Shown: positions 52,507-63,274 of the stretch, piece after piece
Position numbering within the stretch: the stretch's first letter is position 1
How the letters are laid out: each line of letters opens with the position of its first letter
DNA from: an uncultured Gammaproteobacteria bacterium
GTDB taxonomy: Bacteria; Pseudomonadota; Gammaproteobacteria; UBA9214
Direction of reading: 5' to 3'
DNA length: 64,000 bases
NCBI GenBank assembly: GCA_963827755.1
Contig: CAWHCQ010000028.1
Location: 1-64,000, forward strand
Made by a program: the position numbers and the translations under genes
The notes under the pieces: generated by a model
Databases searched by the model: none
What the model saw: only the letters and a program-made list of their open reading frames with translations
What the model was told of the DNA's origin: nothing

Positions 52507-53676
52507 TCACAACCGCGAGCGCATATCCTGCGAACGGAAACCGGGAATGGCCTGTTCAAGGCCACGGGTAAGCCCGATACACTTGAAGCGTTCTCCCATT
52601 TCACCGGGCAGCAGCAAGGTCTTTGCATGCTGCGCATGGCGCATATATTCAGCCGTGGCAGACGGCCCGGCCTGCTGCAGCAGGCCGTCCAGTCCGCAGT
52701 CAAGCAAGAACCAGGCCTGGGTTGTATAACCCGACACGTCAAGACCGGCCGCCACGGCGGCCTCGGCGACCGCGGTGAAATCCACGTGTGCGGTGATATC
52801 CTGCAAACCCGGCCAGAGCAGGGGGTTATCATGTGCACGATGCCGGTAATGGCACATCAGGGTACCGGCACTGCGCTGTGGATGATAATACTCGTGCCGG
52901 GGATACCCGTAATCAATCAACAGCAGCAGCCCGCTTTCAAGCACATCCGCAACAGCCTGCATCCAGGGCCGCAAACCGGTATTGACCTCGGAAACAAAGC
53001 CGGCAGTCATTTCACACGCTGCAGCCAGCGCCTCTATCTGTGCGAGCTCATGGCCCGCGGGTGCAGCCCGGGTACACCACTCGAACGCATCACCCGCCGC
53101 CCTTACCTCGAAGCATTCAGCAGCACTTCCGTTCCAGCGAAAGCGTTCAACGGCCATGGCATCCAGCACCTCGTTGGCCAGCATCACGCCACGAAACCCG
53201 GCATCCGGCAGCCTGTCGATCCAGACAACCCTGTCCAGCAGTTGCGGCAGATGCGCCTGCAGCAGTGCCTGCTGGCGCTGTTTCAGCGAGGCACTGCGTT
53301 CGAGAATGTAATAATGACCCGGAAGACAATCCAGGGCGTCCAGCTCCCCCAGCAAGTCAACGGCCAGCCTGCCACTGCCGGCACCAAACTCAAGCACATC
53401 ACCGCCACCCGGCATCTGCAGCACAGCTGCACAGGAGCGTGCCAGGCAACGGCCGAACAGGGGTGATAACTCCGGTGCCGTAACAAAATCACCGCCCGCC
53501 CCGAATTTTTGTCGCCCTGCACTGTAGTAACCAAGCCCGGGGGCATACAGACACAATTCCATGTAACGGGAAAACGGGACAGACCCGCCCGCCTGGCTGA
53601 TTTCCTGCCGAATCAGGCCGGCAAGTTCCGCGCTTGTTTCAAGCTCTTGCGAAGAAGGTGGGGGAAGTTCACTCAT
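52507..53676 (-). CDS. SAM-dependent methyltransferase, MidA/NDUFAF7 family
   Basis: GDFVTAPE, EFGAGSG, ANEVLDA, IDYG and DITAHVDF motifs. Confidence 0.9.
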   Translation of the reverse strand: MSELPPPSSQELETSAELAGLIRQEISQAGGSVPFSRYMELCLYAPGLGYYSAGRQKFGAGGDFVTAPELSPLFGRCLARSCAAVLQMPGGGDVLEFGAGSGRLAVDLLGELDALDCLPGHYYILERSASLKQRQQALLQAHLPQLLDRVVWIDRLPDAGFRGVMLANEVLDAMAVERFRWNGSAAECFEVRAAGDAFEWCTRAAPAGHELAQIEALAAACEMTAGFVSEVNTGLRPWMQAVADVLESGLLLLIDYGYPRHEYYHPQRSAGTLMCHYRHRAHDNPLLWPGLQDITAHVDFTAVAEAAVAAGLDVSGYTTQAWFLLDCGLDGLLQQAGPSATAEYMRHAQHAKTLLLPGEMGERFKCIGLTRGLEQAIPGFRSQDMRSRL

Positions 53677-54202
53677 CCTGCCGGGAAGACGCCTGGTCCG
53701 CCGCAACAGCGGGTGCGGGCGGCCAGTCAATACGCGTCAGGGCCTGCCCCGGCTGATCGAATGCGGCCCACATGTCTGCATAACGCTCGCCGCTGACCGG
53801 GTGCTTCTGCATGCCTGCGATCTCGGCCAGCGGACATAATACAAAGGCGTAGCGGGTGATGTCCGCACGCGGAATCGACAGGCCCTTTTCACGAATAACG
53901 CGGTCTGCGTACAACAACAGGTCCAGGTCCATGGTCCGCGCTGACAGCCTGCCCGATCGCAGCCGTCCGCAGCTGTCTTCAATCGCGTGCAGTCGCGCCT
54001 GTATGTCCCGCGGTGATTCAGCTGTCTGGAATCCAACCACCAGGTTATAAAACGGGGCGCTGTTGAAACCGACCGCATCACTTTCATAGACGGACGATTG
54101 CTCTATCGGGCCGAACTCATCCGCGAGCTTCTCAAGCACCAGCGCAATATTCTTTCTGCGCTCAACATTACTGCCGATACTGACATAGACACGCACCTTC
54201 AC
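53669..54202 (-). CDS. folK: HPPK
   Basis: SIGSN, SSVYES and RTMDLDLL motifs. Confidence 0.92.
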   Translation of the reverse strand: MKVRVYVSIGSNVERRKNIALVLEKLADEFGPIEQSSVYESDAVGFNSAPFYNLVVGFQTAESPRDIQARLHAIEDSCGRLRSGRLSARTMDLDLLLYADRVIREKGLSIPRADITRYAFVLCPLAEIAGMQKHPVSGERYADMWAAFDQPGQALTRIDWPPAPAVAADQASSRQDE

Positions 54203-54204
54203 AG

Positions 54205-54558
54205 CTAGCGGCTGCCGCGTTCGATAATCACGCCAACATCGCGCGAACCGCGCACCGCGCCCGGCTTGTGAACCGTCAGCTTTAACCAGGGAACATCGAA
54301 TTCATGCAAAACAATTTCGGCAATTTTCTCGGCCAGGGTTTCCACCAGTTGATATTCGCTCTCACCTGTAAATGAAATCAGCCGTTTCGCAACGGCCTTG
54401 TAATTAAGGGTGTCCTCGATAGCATCGGTTTTAGCGGCCTTGCGGATATCGGCACCCATCTCGAGATCGAGACTGATGGTCTGCTTGACCTTGCGCTCCC
54501 AGTCATAGATACCAATGATGGTCTCGATGCGCAAATCGTTGATAAAGACAATATCCAC
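54205..54558 (-). CDS. folB: Dihydroneopterin aldolase
   Basis: IGIYDWER...LVETLAE...KPGAV motifs. Confidence 0.95.
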   Translation of the reverse strand: MDIVFINDLRIETIIGIYDWERKVKQTISLDLEMGADIRKAAKTDAIEDTLNYKAVAKRLISFTGESEYQLVETLAEKIAEIVLHEFDVPWLKLTVHKPGAVRGSRDVGVIIERGSR

Positions 54559-54683
54559 GGACAGTTCCCCTTGTTTCGCTGCCGCTCAATATAGAGCCTT
54601 GTGCGCATCTTGGCCAGCACAGGGATGCCATCATTCCACGCAACGGCTTGACCTGCGCCGCGCGAAAGATTCCAATGGCCCAC

Positions 54684-55289
54684 ATGGAAACCGATTACCT
54701 GATCATCCTTGGCGGTTATTTGTTCGGCTCGATCTCCACCGCCATCATTGTTTGCAGGCTGATGGGCCTTCCGGATCCGCGCACCGCGGGCTCGCGCAAC
54801 CCGGGGGCGACCAATGTTGCACGGCTTGGCGGCAAGAAGGCCGCCGCACTGACGCTGCTCGGTGACATGCTCAAGGGGCTCCTGCCGGTACTGTTCGCAC
54901 AATTCCTGCAAACGAGCCCGGTGATCCTCGCGGCGACCGCGCTGGCCGCCTTCCTCGGTCACCTCTACCCCTTATTCTTCGGTTTCCAGGGCGGCAAGGG
55001 CGTGGCAACGGCATTCGGAGTCATCTACGGCCTGTCCTGGCCGGCAGGCCTTTTGACCACGGCCACCTGGCTGGCCATGGCCGTGATGTTTCGTTATTCA
55101 TCGCTCGCGGCACTGGTTGCCATGCTGCTGATGCCGTTCTGGTTCCTGTGGCTGATGCCGGAACCGGCAGTTATCGCCGCCATGACGGTCCTGACGGTGC
55201 TGCTCTACTGGCGACACCGCAGCAATATCAGCAACCTGCTCAATGGCAAGGAAGGCAAGATCGGTTTCGGAAGGAATAAAGAAGGGTAG
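54684..55289 (+). CDS. plsY: Glycerol-3-phosphate acyltransferase
   Basis: GSRNPGATN, GGKGVATA and RHRSNI motifs. Confidence 0.95.
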   Translation: METDYLIILGGYLFGSISTAIIVCRLMGLPDPRTAGSRNPGATNVARLGGKKAAALTLLGDMLKGLLPVLFAQFLQTSPVILAATALAAFLGHLYPLFFGFQGGKGVATAFGVIYGLSWPAGLLTTATWLAMAVMFRYSSLAALVAMLLMPFWFLWLMPEPAVIAAMTVLTVLLYWRHRSNISNLLNGKEGKIGFGRNKEG

Positions 55290-55367
55290 GAGCCAGCGCC
55301 AGCTGGCGATTGTTTGCTGATATCGCGGATGTTCGCGAGGTGTTCGCGAGCTGACGCTGCTCCTACA
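55286..55367. repeat. REPIN-like doublet between convergent plsY and tsaD
   Basis: GTAGGAGCCAGCGCCAGCTGGCGAT ... TTCGCGAGCTGACGCTGCTCCTACA. Confidence 0.7.
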
Positions 55368-55385
55368 ATTTTCGGGTAAGTGGCC

Positions 55386-56402
55386 CTAATCGGCCGCTAC
55401 CAGGTCTTCCAGCGACCAGCGCGGTATTGCCCTGATCGACAGGCTTTCTGCCTGGCCGGCCTGCAGTCTTCGATAACCGGCATAGGCAATCATGGCGCCA
55501 TTGTCGGTACAAAATTCAGGGCGCGGGTAACTGGTGCGCCCACCCTCTTTTGCCATGAGTTCATCGAGCCGTGCCCGCAGGCGCAGGTTCGCACCGACAC
55601 CGCCGGCAACCACCAGCGTCTTCAACCCGGTTTGCGCCACGGCACGGCGGCACTTGATCGCAAGGGTATCGACCACCGCATCCTCGAAGGCGCGCGCAAT
55701 ATCGGCGCGGTCCTGTTGCGTCTGCGCCGATTCACGCCAGCTGTACAGGGCAAAAGTCTTCAGGCCGCTGAAACTGAAATCCAGGCCCGGCCGGTCAGTC
55801 ATCGGCCGTGGGAACCTGAAACGCTGCGGATCGCCCTGCAAGGCCAGTTGCGCCAGCGCCGGCCCGCCGGGATAGGACAAACCCAGCAGGGTGGCGGTCT
55901 TGTCGAAGGCCTCGCCGACCGCATCATCGATTGAATCGCCCAGCAGACGATAGCGCCCGATCGCGTCGACCTCGACCAGCAGGGTATGCCCGCCGGAGAC
56001 CAGCAGGGCCAGAAACGGGAATTCGGGAGGATCCGGCTCGAGCATCGGCGCCAGCAGGTGCCCCTCCATGTGATGGATGGCGATCGCCGGGATCTTCCGC
56101 GCCCAGGCCAGGCTGCGCCCGGCGGCGGCACCGACCAGCAAGGCGCCGACCAGCCCCGGCCCGGCCGTGTAGGCCACGCCATCGATGTCTGACATATTAA
56201 TGCCTGATTTAACAATGACCTGGCTTATCAGCGGCAAGAGCTTGCGGACATGGTCACGGGAGGCCAGCTCGGGGACCACACCGCCATAGGCGGCATGCAA
56301 ATCGACCTGGCTGTAAAGGGCGTGGCCGAGCAGGCCGCGCTCGCCGTCGTAAACGGCCACGCCGGTCTCATCACAGGAGGTCTCGATCCCAAGCACACGC
56401 AT
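55386..56402 (-). CDS. tsaD: tRNA t6A transferase
   Basis: [22 protein letters not shown] and CTDNGAMIA motifs. Confidence 0.97.
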   Translation of the reverse strand: MRVLGIETSCDETGVAVYDGERGLLGHALYSQVDLHAAYGGVVPELASRDHVRKLLPLISQVIVKSGINMSDIDGVAYTAGPGLVGALLVGAAAGRSLAWARKIPAIAIHHMEGHLLAPMLEPDPPEFPFLALLVSGGHTLLVEVDAIGRYRLLGDSIDDAVGEAFDKTATLLGLSYPGGPALAQLALQGDPQRFRFPRPMTDRPGLDFSFSGLKTFALYSWRESAQTQQDRADIARAFEDAVVDTLAIKCRRAVAQTGLKTLVVAGGVGANLRLRARLDELMAKEGGRTSYPRPEFCTDNGAMIAYAGYRRLQAGQAESLSIRAIPRWSLEDLVAAD

Positions 56403-56444
56403 GCCGCCTATGGTAAACGCCACGGCTTGTTACACAAGGTAATT

Positions 56445-56473
56445 TTGCCTTTTCGGCGGGACGTGTATAAAAT
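56445..56473 (+). promoter_or_regulatory. Sigma70 promoter for the rpsU operon
   Basis: TTGCCT-17 nt-TAAAAT followed by a GC-rich discriminator. Confidence 0.65.
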
Positions 56474-56513
56474 GCGCAGCCCTGTCAAACGAGCTGTATT
56501 AGCCGGAACAAGT

Positions 56514-56729
56514 ATGCCAAATGTACGCGTAAAAGATAACGAACCCTTCGAAATTGCCCTGCGCCGTTTCAAGCGCTCCTGTGAAAAAGCCGGGGTTCTT
56601 TCTGAAGTCCGGCGCCGCGAGTTTTATGAAAAACCCACGCAGGAACGCAAACGCAAGATGGCCGCTGCCGTCAAGCGCACCCAGAAGAAGGTTTCCCGCG
56701 AACTCTCCCGTCGCATTCGCCTCTACTAA
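56514..56729 (+). CDS. rpsU: 30S ribosomal protein S21
   Basis: [27 protein letters not shown]...; 71 aa. Confidence 0.97.
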   Translation: MPNVRVKDNEPFEIALRRFKRSCEKAGVLSEVRRREFYEKPTQERKRKMAAAVKRTQKKVSRELSRRIRLY

Positions 56730-56746
56730 AGAATCCGTCCTTACGC

Positions 56747-57190
56747 ATGTCCCTGAAGGACCGCATCTCGCAGGACATAAAAGATGCCATGCGTGCCAGG
56801 GACAAGCCGCGCCTGGCAACCCTGCGTCTCATCCATGCCGCGATCAAGCAACGCGAGGTCGATGAACGCATCGAACTGGACGATACCCAGGTCACCGATG
56901 TGCTCGGCAAGATGGTCAAGCAACGCCGTGAATCTATCAGCCAGTTTGAAAAGGCCGGACGCGACGACCTGATCGCGATAGAAAACAGCGAGCTGGACAT
57001 CATCACGCCCTACCTGCCCGAGCAACTCGGCGAAGCCGAAATAAATGCCCTCATCGATGCCGCACTCGAAGCAACCGGCGCCTCCTCCATAAAAGACATG
57101 GGCAAGGTCATGGGCCAGCTGAAACCCGCGTTGCAGGGCAAGGCGGACATGGCCGCCGTCGGCGCCCTGATCAGGGCCAGGCTGGGCTGA
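56747..57190 (+). CDS. yqeY: GatB/YqeY domain protein
   Basis: KQRRESI.QF, DMGKVMG and GKADM motifs. Confidence 0.93.
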   Translation: MSLKDRISQDIKDAMRARDKPRLATLRLIHAAIKQREVDERIELDDTQVTDVLGKMVKQRRESISQFEKAGRDDLIAIENSELDIITPYLPEQLGEAEINALIDAALEATGASSIKDMGKVMGQLKPALQGKADMAAVGALIRARLG

Positions 57191-57234
57191 AAAAACCTCT
57201 CGCACAAAAAGCACCAGGAAAAAACCTGGAACTC

Positions 57235-58995
57235 ATGGCCGGCCGTATTCCCCAATCCTTTATTGATGAACTGCTCACCCGCACGGATATCGTCGATGTC
57301 ATCGACAGCCGGGTGCAGCTGAAAAAGGCCGGGCGTGAATACAAGGCCTGTTGCCCGTTTCACAATGAAAAAACACCCTCCTTCACCGTCAGCCAGGTGA
57401 AGCAGTTCTACCACTGCTTCGGTTGCGGCATGCATGGTTCGGCCATCACCTTCCTGATGGACTACGAACACATGGACTTCGTCGAGGCCGTGGAAGAACT
57501 CGCGCACAGGGCCGGGCTGGAAGTCCCGCGTGACGCAACACCCGAATCACACCGCCCGGCAATCACCCGGCCCCATTACGACCTGCTCGAAAAGGTTTCC
57601 GCGTATTACCAGCAACAGTTGCGCAGCCACCCGCAAGCCAGCCGTCCTGTCGAGTACCTGAAAAAAAGGGGGCTCAGCGGTGAAGTTGTCGCGCGCTTCA
57701 AGATCGGCTTTGCGCCGCCCGGGTGGGACAACCTCGAAAAAGCCATCGGTACAGATCCGCAGACACAAAAAACATTGCTTGAGCTGGGCCTGTTGATCGA
57801 ACGCGATAATGACAAGGGCAGCTATGACCGTTTCCGTGACCGGGTGCAGTTCCCGATTCACGACCGGCGCGGGCGCACCGTCGGATTCGGCGGCCGGGTG
57901 CTTGACGACGGCACACCCAAATATCTCAACAGCCCGGAATCACCGGTATTTCACAAGGGACAGGAACTCTACGGCCTCTATGAAGCGCGCAAAGCCGTGC
58001 GTCATATCAAGCATCTGCTGGTCGTCGAAGGCTACATGGATGTTGTCGCGCTGGCACAGTTCGATATCAACTACGCCGTGGCAACACTGGGCACCGCCAC
58101 AACAGCTGACCACCTGGAGCGGCTGTTCCGTACTGCGCCTGAAATCGTGTTTTGTTTTGATGGTGACCGTGCCGGCCGGGAAGCCGCCTGGCGTGCACTG
58201 GAAAACACCCTGCCGGTGCTGCGCGACGGCCGTGAAGCACGCTTTCTGTTTCTGCCGGAGGGAGAGGACCCGGATTCCCTGGTGCGCAAGATCGGCAAGG
58301 ATGAGTTTGAAAAACGCATTCAGTCCGCCACCCACTTATCCGATTTTTTCTTCGAACGACTCTCCAGCCAACTCGACACCAGCAGCATCGACGGCCGGGC
58401 ACGACTGGTGGACCTGGCAAAACCCCTGCTGTCCCGGCTGCCGGACAGCATGTTCAGCCAACTGATGACCGAACGCCTGGCCGCGCTTGTCGAGACCAGT
58501 GCGGAACGCCTTGCCAGTCGCCTGGGCACAGCCCCGCAGCCTGCGCCACCCGCAAGTACAAAAGCGGCCAGGCGCCCCGCCGCGGGCAGGAAAAGCCCGG
58601 TCAGGGAGGCCATCGCCATGCTCCTCTACCAGCCTTCCCTGGCCGAGCAGATCGATGCCGTATCCCTGCAGGAATACACCGATATTCCCGGGGTATCACT
58701 CCTTGGCGGGATACTGACACTGCTGCAGCAGCAGCCGGGGTTGAATACCGGTGCAATCCTCGAGCACTGGCGGGACCGTGAAGAGGCCCCGCACCTCCAC
58801 AGGCTCGCCGAGTGGTCACCCTCGCACGAGGGCCTCGACCTGCTCCCCGAACTGCACGGCTGCCTTAAACAAATACGCCGGCAACATATTGATAATAAAA
58901 TAAATTATTTAAACGACCTGAGCCGTCAACGAACGCTGGACGGCGCGGAGCTCGAGGAATACAAGCATTTACAGCGGCGGCTGAAAGAGGTCTGA
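57235..58995 (+). CDS. dnaG: DNA primase
   Basis: CPFHNEKTPSF zinc finger, KYLNSPE, VEGYMD and FDGD.AG motifs. Confidence 0.97.
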   Translation: MAGRIPQSFIDELLTRTDIVDVIDSRVQLKKAGREYKACCPFHNEKTPSFTVSQVKQFYHCFGCGMHGSAITFLMDYEHMDFVEAVEELAHRAGLEVPRDATPESHRPAITRPHYDLLEKVSAYYQQQLRSHPQASRPVEYLKKRGLSGEVVARFKIGFAPPGWDNLEKAIGTDPQTQKTLLELGLLIERDNDKGSYDRFRDRVQFPIHDRRGRTVGFGGRVLDDGTPKYLNSPESPVFHKGQELYGLYEARKAVRHIKHLLVVEGYMDVVALAQFDINYAVATLGTATTADHLERLFRTAPEIVFCFDGDRAGREAAWRALENTLPVLRDGREARFLFLPEGEDPDSLVRKIGKDEFEKRIQSATHLSDFFFERLSSQLDTSSIDGRARLVDLAKPLLSRLPDSMFSQLMTERLAALVETSAERLASRLGTAPQPAPPASTKAARRPAAGRKSPVREAIAMLLYQPSLAEQIDAVSLQEYTDIPGVSLLGGILTLLQQQPGLNTGAILEHWRDREEAPHLHRLAEWSPSHEGLDLLPELHGCLKQIRRQHIDNKINYLNDLSRQRTLDGAELEEYKHLQRRLKEV

Positions 58996-59139
58996 GGGAA
59001 TTAAAAAACCGCCGCCCGGTCCAAATTCCTGATTGCAATAGCCTTGGCCGGGCCCCATATATTGGACTATACTGGCGGACTGATTTGCTTCCATCTCTTT
59101 CGATTTAGCTTGGGCATTGCGCATGCCTGTGGATGACTG

Positions 59140-60963
<1,824 letters not shown>

Positions 60964-61010
60964 CTGCACAGAGTATTGTTGACTGGCTTTGTTTAACCGC
61001 TTTGAAAAGC

Positions 61011-61035
61011 GGCCTGTAGCACAGTTGGTTAGAGC
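61011..61035 (+). repeat. Truncated duplicate of the tRNA-Ile 5' end (acceptor strand + D-arm)
   Basis: GGCCTGTAGCACAGTTGGTTAGAGC versus 61483-61507 GGCCTGTAGCTCAGTTGGTTAGAGC; 24/25 identical. Confidence 0.9.
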
Positions 61036-61394
61036 TTGCAGTCCGGGTTATGCAATTCTGCATGACAGTTAGAGCACAGCAGACGGCATTTATCAGCCTC
61101 TTCAAGCACGCTGTCCCATTTCCTGTTTGACAGAGATCTCAGGTCAAGCTGGAATAATTTTGTTTTCGGATCAGCATGGTGAAATTCCAGAGCGGCAAAA
61201 TTCTGTTTATAGCCACAGGTCTCGCATTTTGATCCTTTGAGCCTAATCAGTTCTATTTTACGGCTCCGCCCCCTTAGCTGCTGAGCCTGGTAACTTTGAT
61301 AGGACTGATTGTTATAGCTGTTTTTGCACAGTCGCGAACAATATTTACGTTGCCTGCCAACGAGAATCTTCCCGCATCCAATGCATTTGTACAT
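61029..61394 (-). CDS. Free-standing HNH endonuclease with N-terminal Zn-finger-like CxxC...CSxxC
   Basis: MYKCIGCG...YCSRLC; CETCG...LEFHH...KCRLLCSNCHAELH; AT-richer than its neighbours; alternative start 61427. Confidence 0.85.
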   Translation of the reverse strand: MYKCIGCGKILVGRQRKYCSRLCKNSYNNQSYQSYQAQQLRGRSRKIELIRLKGSKCETCGYKQNFAALEFHHADPKTKLFQLDLRSLSNRKWDSVLEEADKCRLLCSNCHAELHNPDCKL

Positions 61395-61462
61395 GCCGGA
61401 TATTATATAGACTATGAAATTAAACATAATCCATTAATTTATGTTTATCCATGCTGAAAACT

Positions 61463-61471
61463 TGCTAGAAT
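61463..61471 (+). promoter_or_regulatory. Extended -10 promoter for tRNA-Ile
   Basis: TGcTAGAAT followed by GC-rich GCTCGCC, 10 nt before the tRNA. Confidence 0.6.
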
Positions 61472-61481
61472 GCTCGCCTTC

Positions 61482-61792
61482 GGGCCTGTAGCTCAGTTGG
61501 TTAGAGCAGGGGACTCATCAAAATGGTGCGTTCGTGCCGAAAGGCATGAAATGAACGGGATGAATTCAGGGAAACCTTAGCAGTCAGGCTGATGGTAACC
61601 CTGAGCCAAGCCGGAGGTACACCTCCGGAAGGTGCAGAGACTACCTGGGGACTTCAGTGTCCTTAATAACAGGCAAGAGCGTCCCGCGCCCTAACAGTCT
61701 TGCTGAGGGTGATGAGATAGTCCGCTCCTGGTAGAAATATCAGGCTACAGTGAATCCCTTGGTCGAAGGTTCGAGTCCTTCCGGGCCCACCA
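61482..61792 (+). tRNA. ileX: tRNA-Ile2(CAU), intron-containing (exons 61482-61518 and 61753-61792)
   Basis: Spliced form GGGCCTGTAGCTCAGTTGGTTAGAGCAGGGGACTCAT|AATCCCTTGGTCGAAGGTTCGAGTCCTTCCGGGCCCACCA (77 nt). G1-C72 is paired, so it is not an initiator; it lies downstream of rpoD like E. coli ileX. Confidence 0.93.
61519..61752 (+). ncRNA. Group I self-splicing intron (IC3-like core, ORF-less, 234 nt)
   Basis: P1 CAU|CA/UGGUG with U.G at the splice site; P2 GAAA loop; P3 CGGGAU/GUCCCG; P4 UCAGGG/CCCUGA; GAAGGUGCAGAGACUA; P7 GACUA/UAGUC; P9 GAAA loop; terminal G. Confidence 0.95.
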
Positions 61793-62158
61793 TTTCAATA
61801 GAAATCTTATAGTTTATGTCGTTGGGGCCGGGGATGGATCGCTGATGGAATCCCTCGGTGCATTCCGTGACAGGCGTTCAGGGGCCAACAGGATTCTGAG
61901 CTGGCACGGGCCGGGTGGTTATGACGCGGCCAGATATTCCGCACGTACACTTTGGATGGTTTTCCAACATGATCGCAAGCCCAGGTAACGGTCACATTTC
62001 CGACGGAACCACGCTTCAAGAGCTGACCTGATGCTTGCACGAAGAATAGGGGACACCCATCTAGCCAACGCGTGCCTGGCGAATTGCTAATTATCACCTG
62101 AATACCGAGACTTAACCAGTCTTGCTACTTAACGCAATCATCCCTACCCTGCTCCGCC

Positions 62159-63250
62159 ATGAAGGATCTGCTAATACTCCTCGCACATCTAGTAACTACA
62201 ATCGCCAGACTCCTGGGGTCCGGTGGCGCAAAGGCCGTTGTCGCTGACAGCCTGCTAATGAAGCAGCAACTCCTTATCATCAATCGGTCCCGGCAACGCG
62301 CACCCAATCTCTCGGCACTCGACCGATTCCTGTTAGGTTTCTGGTCACTGTTCCTTAACCCACGACGCATTCTGCGGGCTGCCGTCATTATCCGGCCATC
62401 GACACTATTGAAATTCCATAACCTGCTCAAGCAGCGTAAGTATCGACTACTGTATTCATCAACTGGTAGCAAACGAAAACCCGGCCCCAAAGGACCATCG
62501 CCCGAACTCATCCAGGCAATCATTGAAATGAAACAACGCAATCCACGGTTTGGCTGCCCACGGATCGCGCAGCAGATAAATAAAGTGTTTGGAACCAATA
62601 TCGATAAAGATGTGGTGCGGCGCATCCTTGCCGCGCATTACCGGCCAGGTCCTGGTAATGCTGGACCGTCGTGGCTGTCATTCCTCGGGCACACCAAAGA
62701 TAGCCTGTGGAGTATTGATCTGTTTCGGTGTGAATCCATTCTTTTGAATAGTCACTGGGTACTCGTGGTTATGGACCAGTCCACTCGGCGCATCATCGGA
62801 TTTGGTATCCATGCTGGCGATGTCGACGGCATCGCCCTTTGTCGTATGTTCAACACCGCCATCTCATACAGAGGTCCCCCAAAATACCTCAGCTCTGATA
62901 ACGATCCACTCTTCCTGTATCACCAATGGCAGGCAAACCTGAGAATTCTGGGTACTGACGAGATAAAAACTGTCCCGTATACACCGCTATCGCATCCCTT
63001 CGTCGAACGACTGATCGGGACTATCCGTCGAGAATTCCTGGACCACACTTTATTCTGGAACGCTACCGACCTGGAAAGGAAGCTGGAAACATTCCGGCAG
63101 TATTACAACACTCATCGTGTGCACTCTGCACTTGATGGCGATACACCCTCAGAAATCACCAGCGAAACCGTCATCCGCCGTGCTGATCTCAACAATTTTC
63201 AGTGGCAATCTCATTGCCGCGAACTATTTCATCTGCCTGCTGCCGCCTAA
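62159..63250 (+). mobile_element. rve/integrase-core (DDE) transposase
   Basis: SIDLF (D), SSDND (D) and PFVERLIGTIRRE (E); YYNTHRVHSAL; KPGPKGP HTH-proximal motif. Confidence 0.85.
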
Positions 63251-63274
63251 ATAACAATTCCCCATGCCTACGCA

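Noticed and set aside
61011-61035. Classical attL/attR of an integrase-driven island
   Set aside because: It duplicates the tRNA 5' end only, and the 450-bp interval encodes an HNH rather than an integrase. A highly reduced island cannot be fully excluded.
61482-61792. tRNA-Met or fMet call for the CAU tRNA
   Set aside because: G1-C72 is paired, and the sequence and rpoD-downstream position match Ile2 (ileX-like).
61807-62097. 96-aa ORF after the tRNA
   Set aside because: No recognisable domain; may be decayed mobile DNA.
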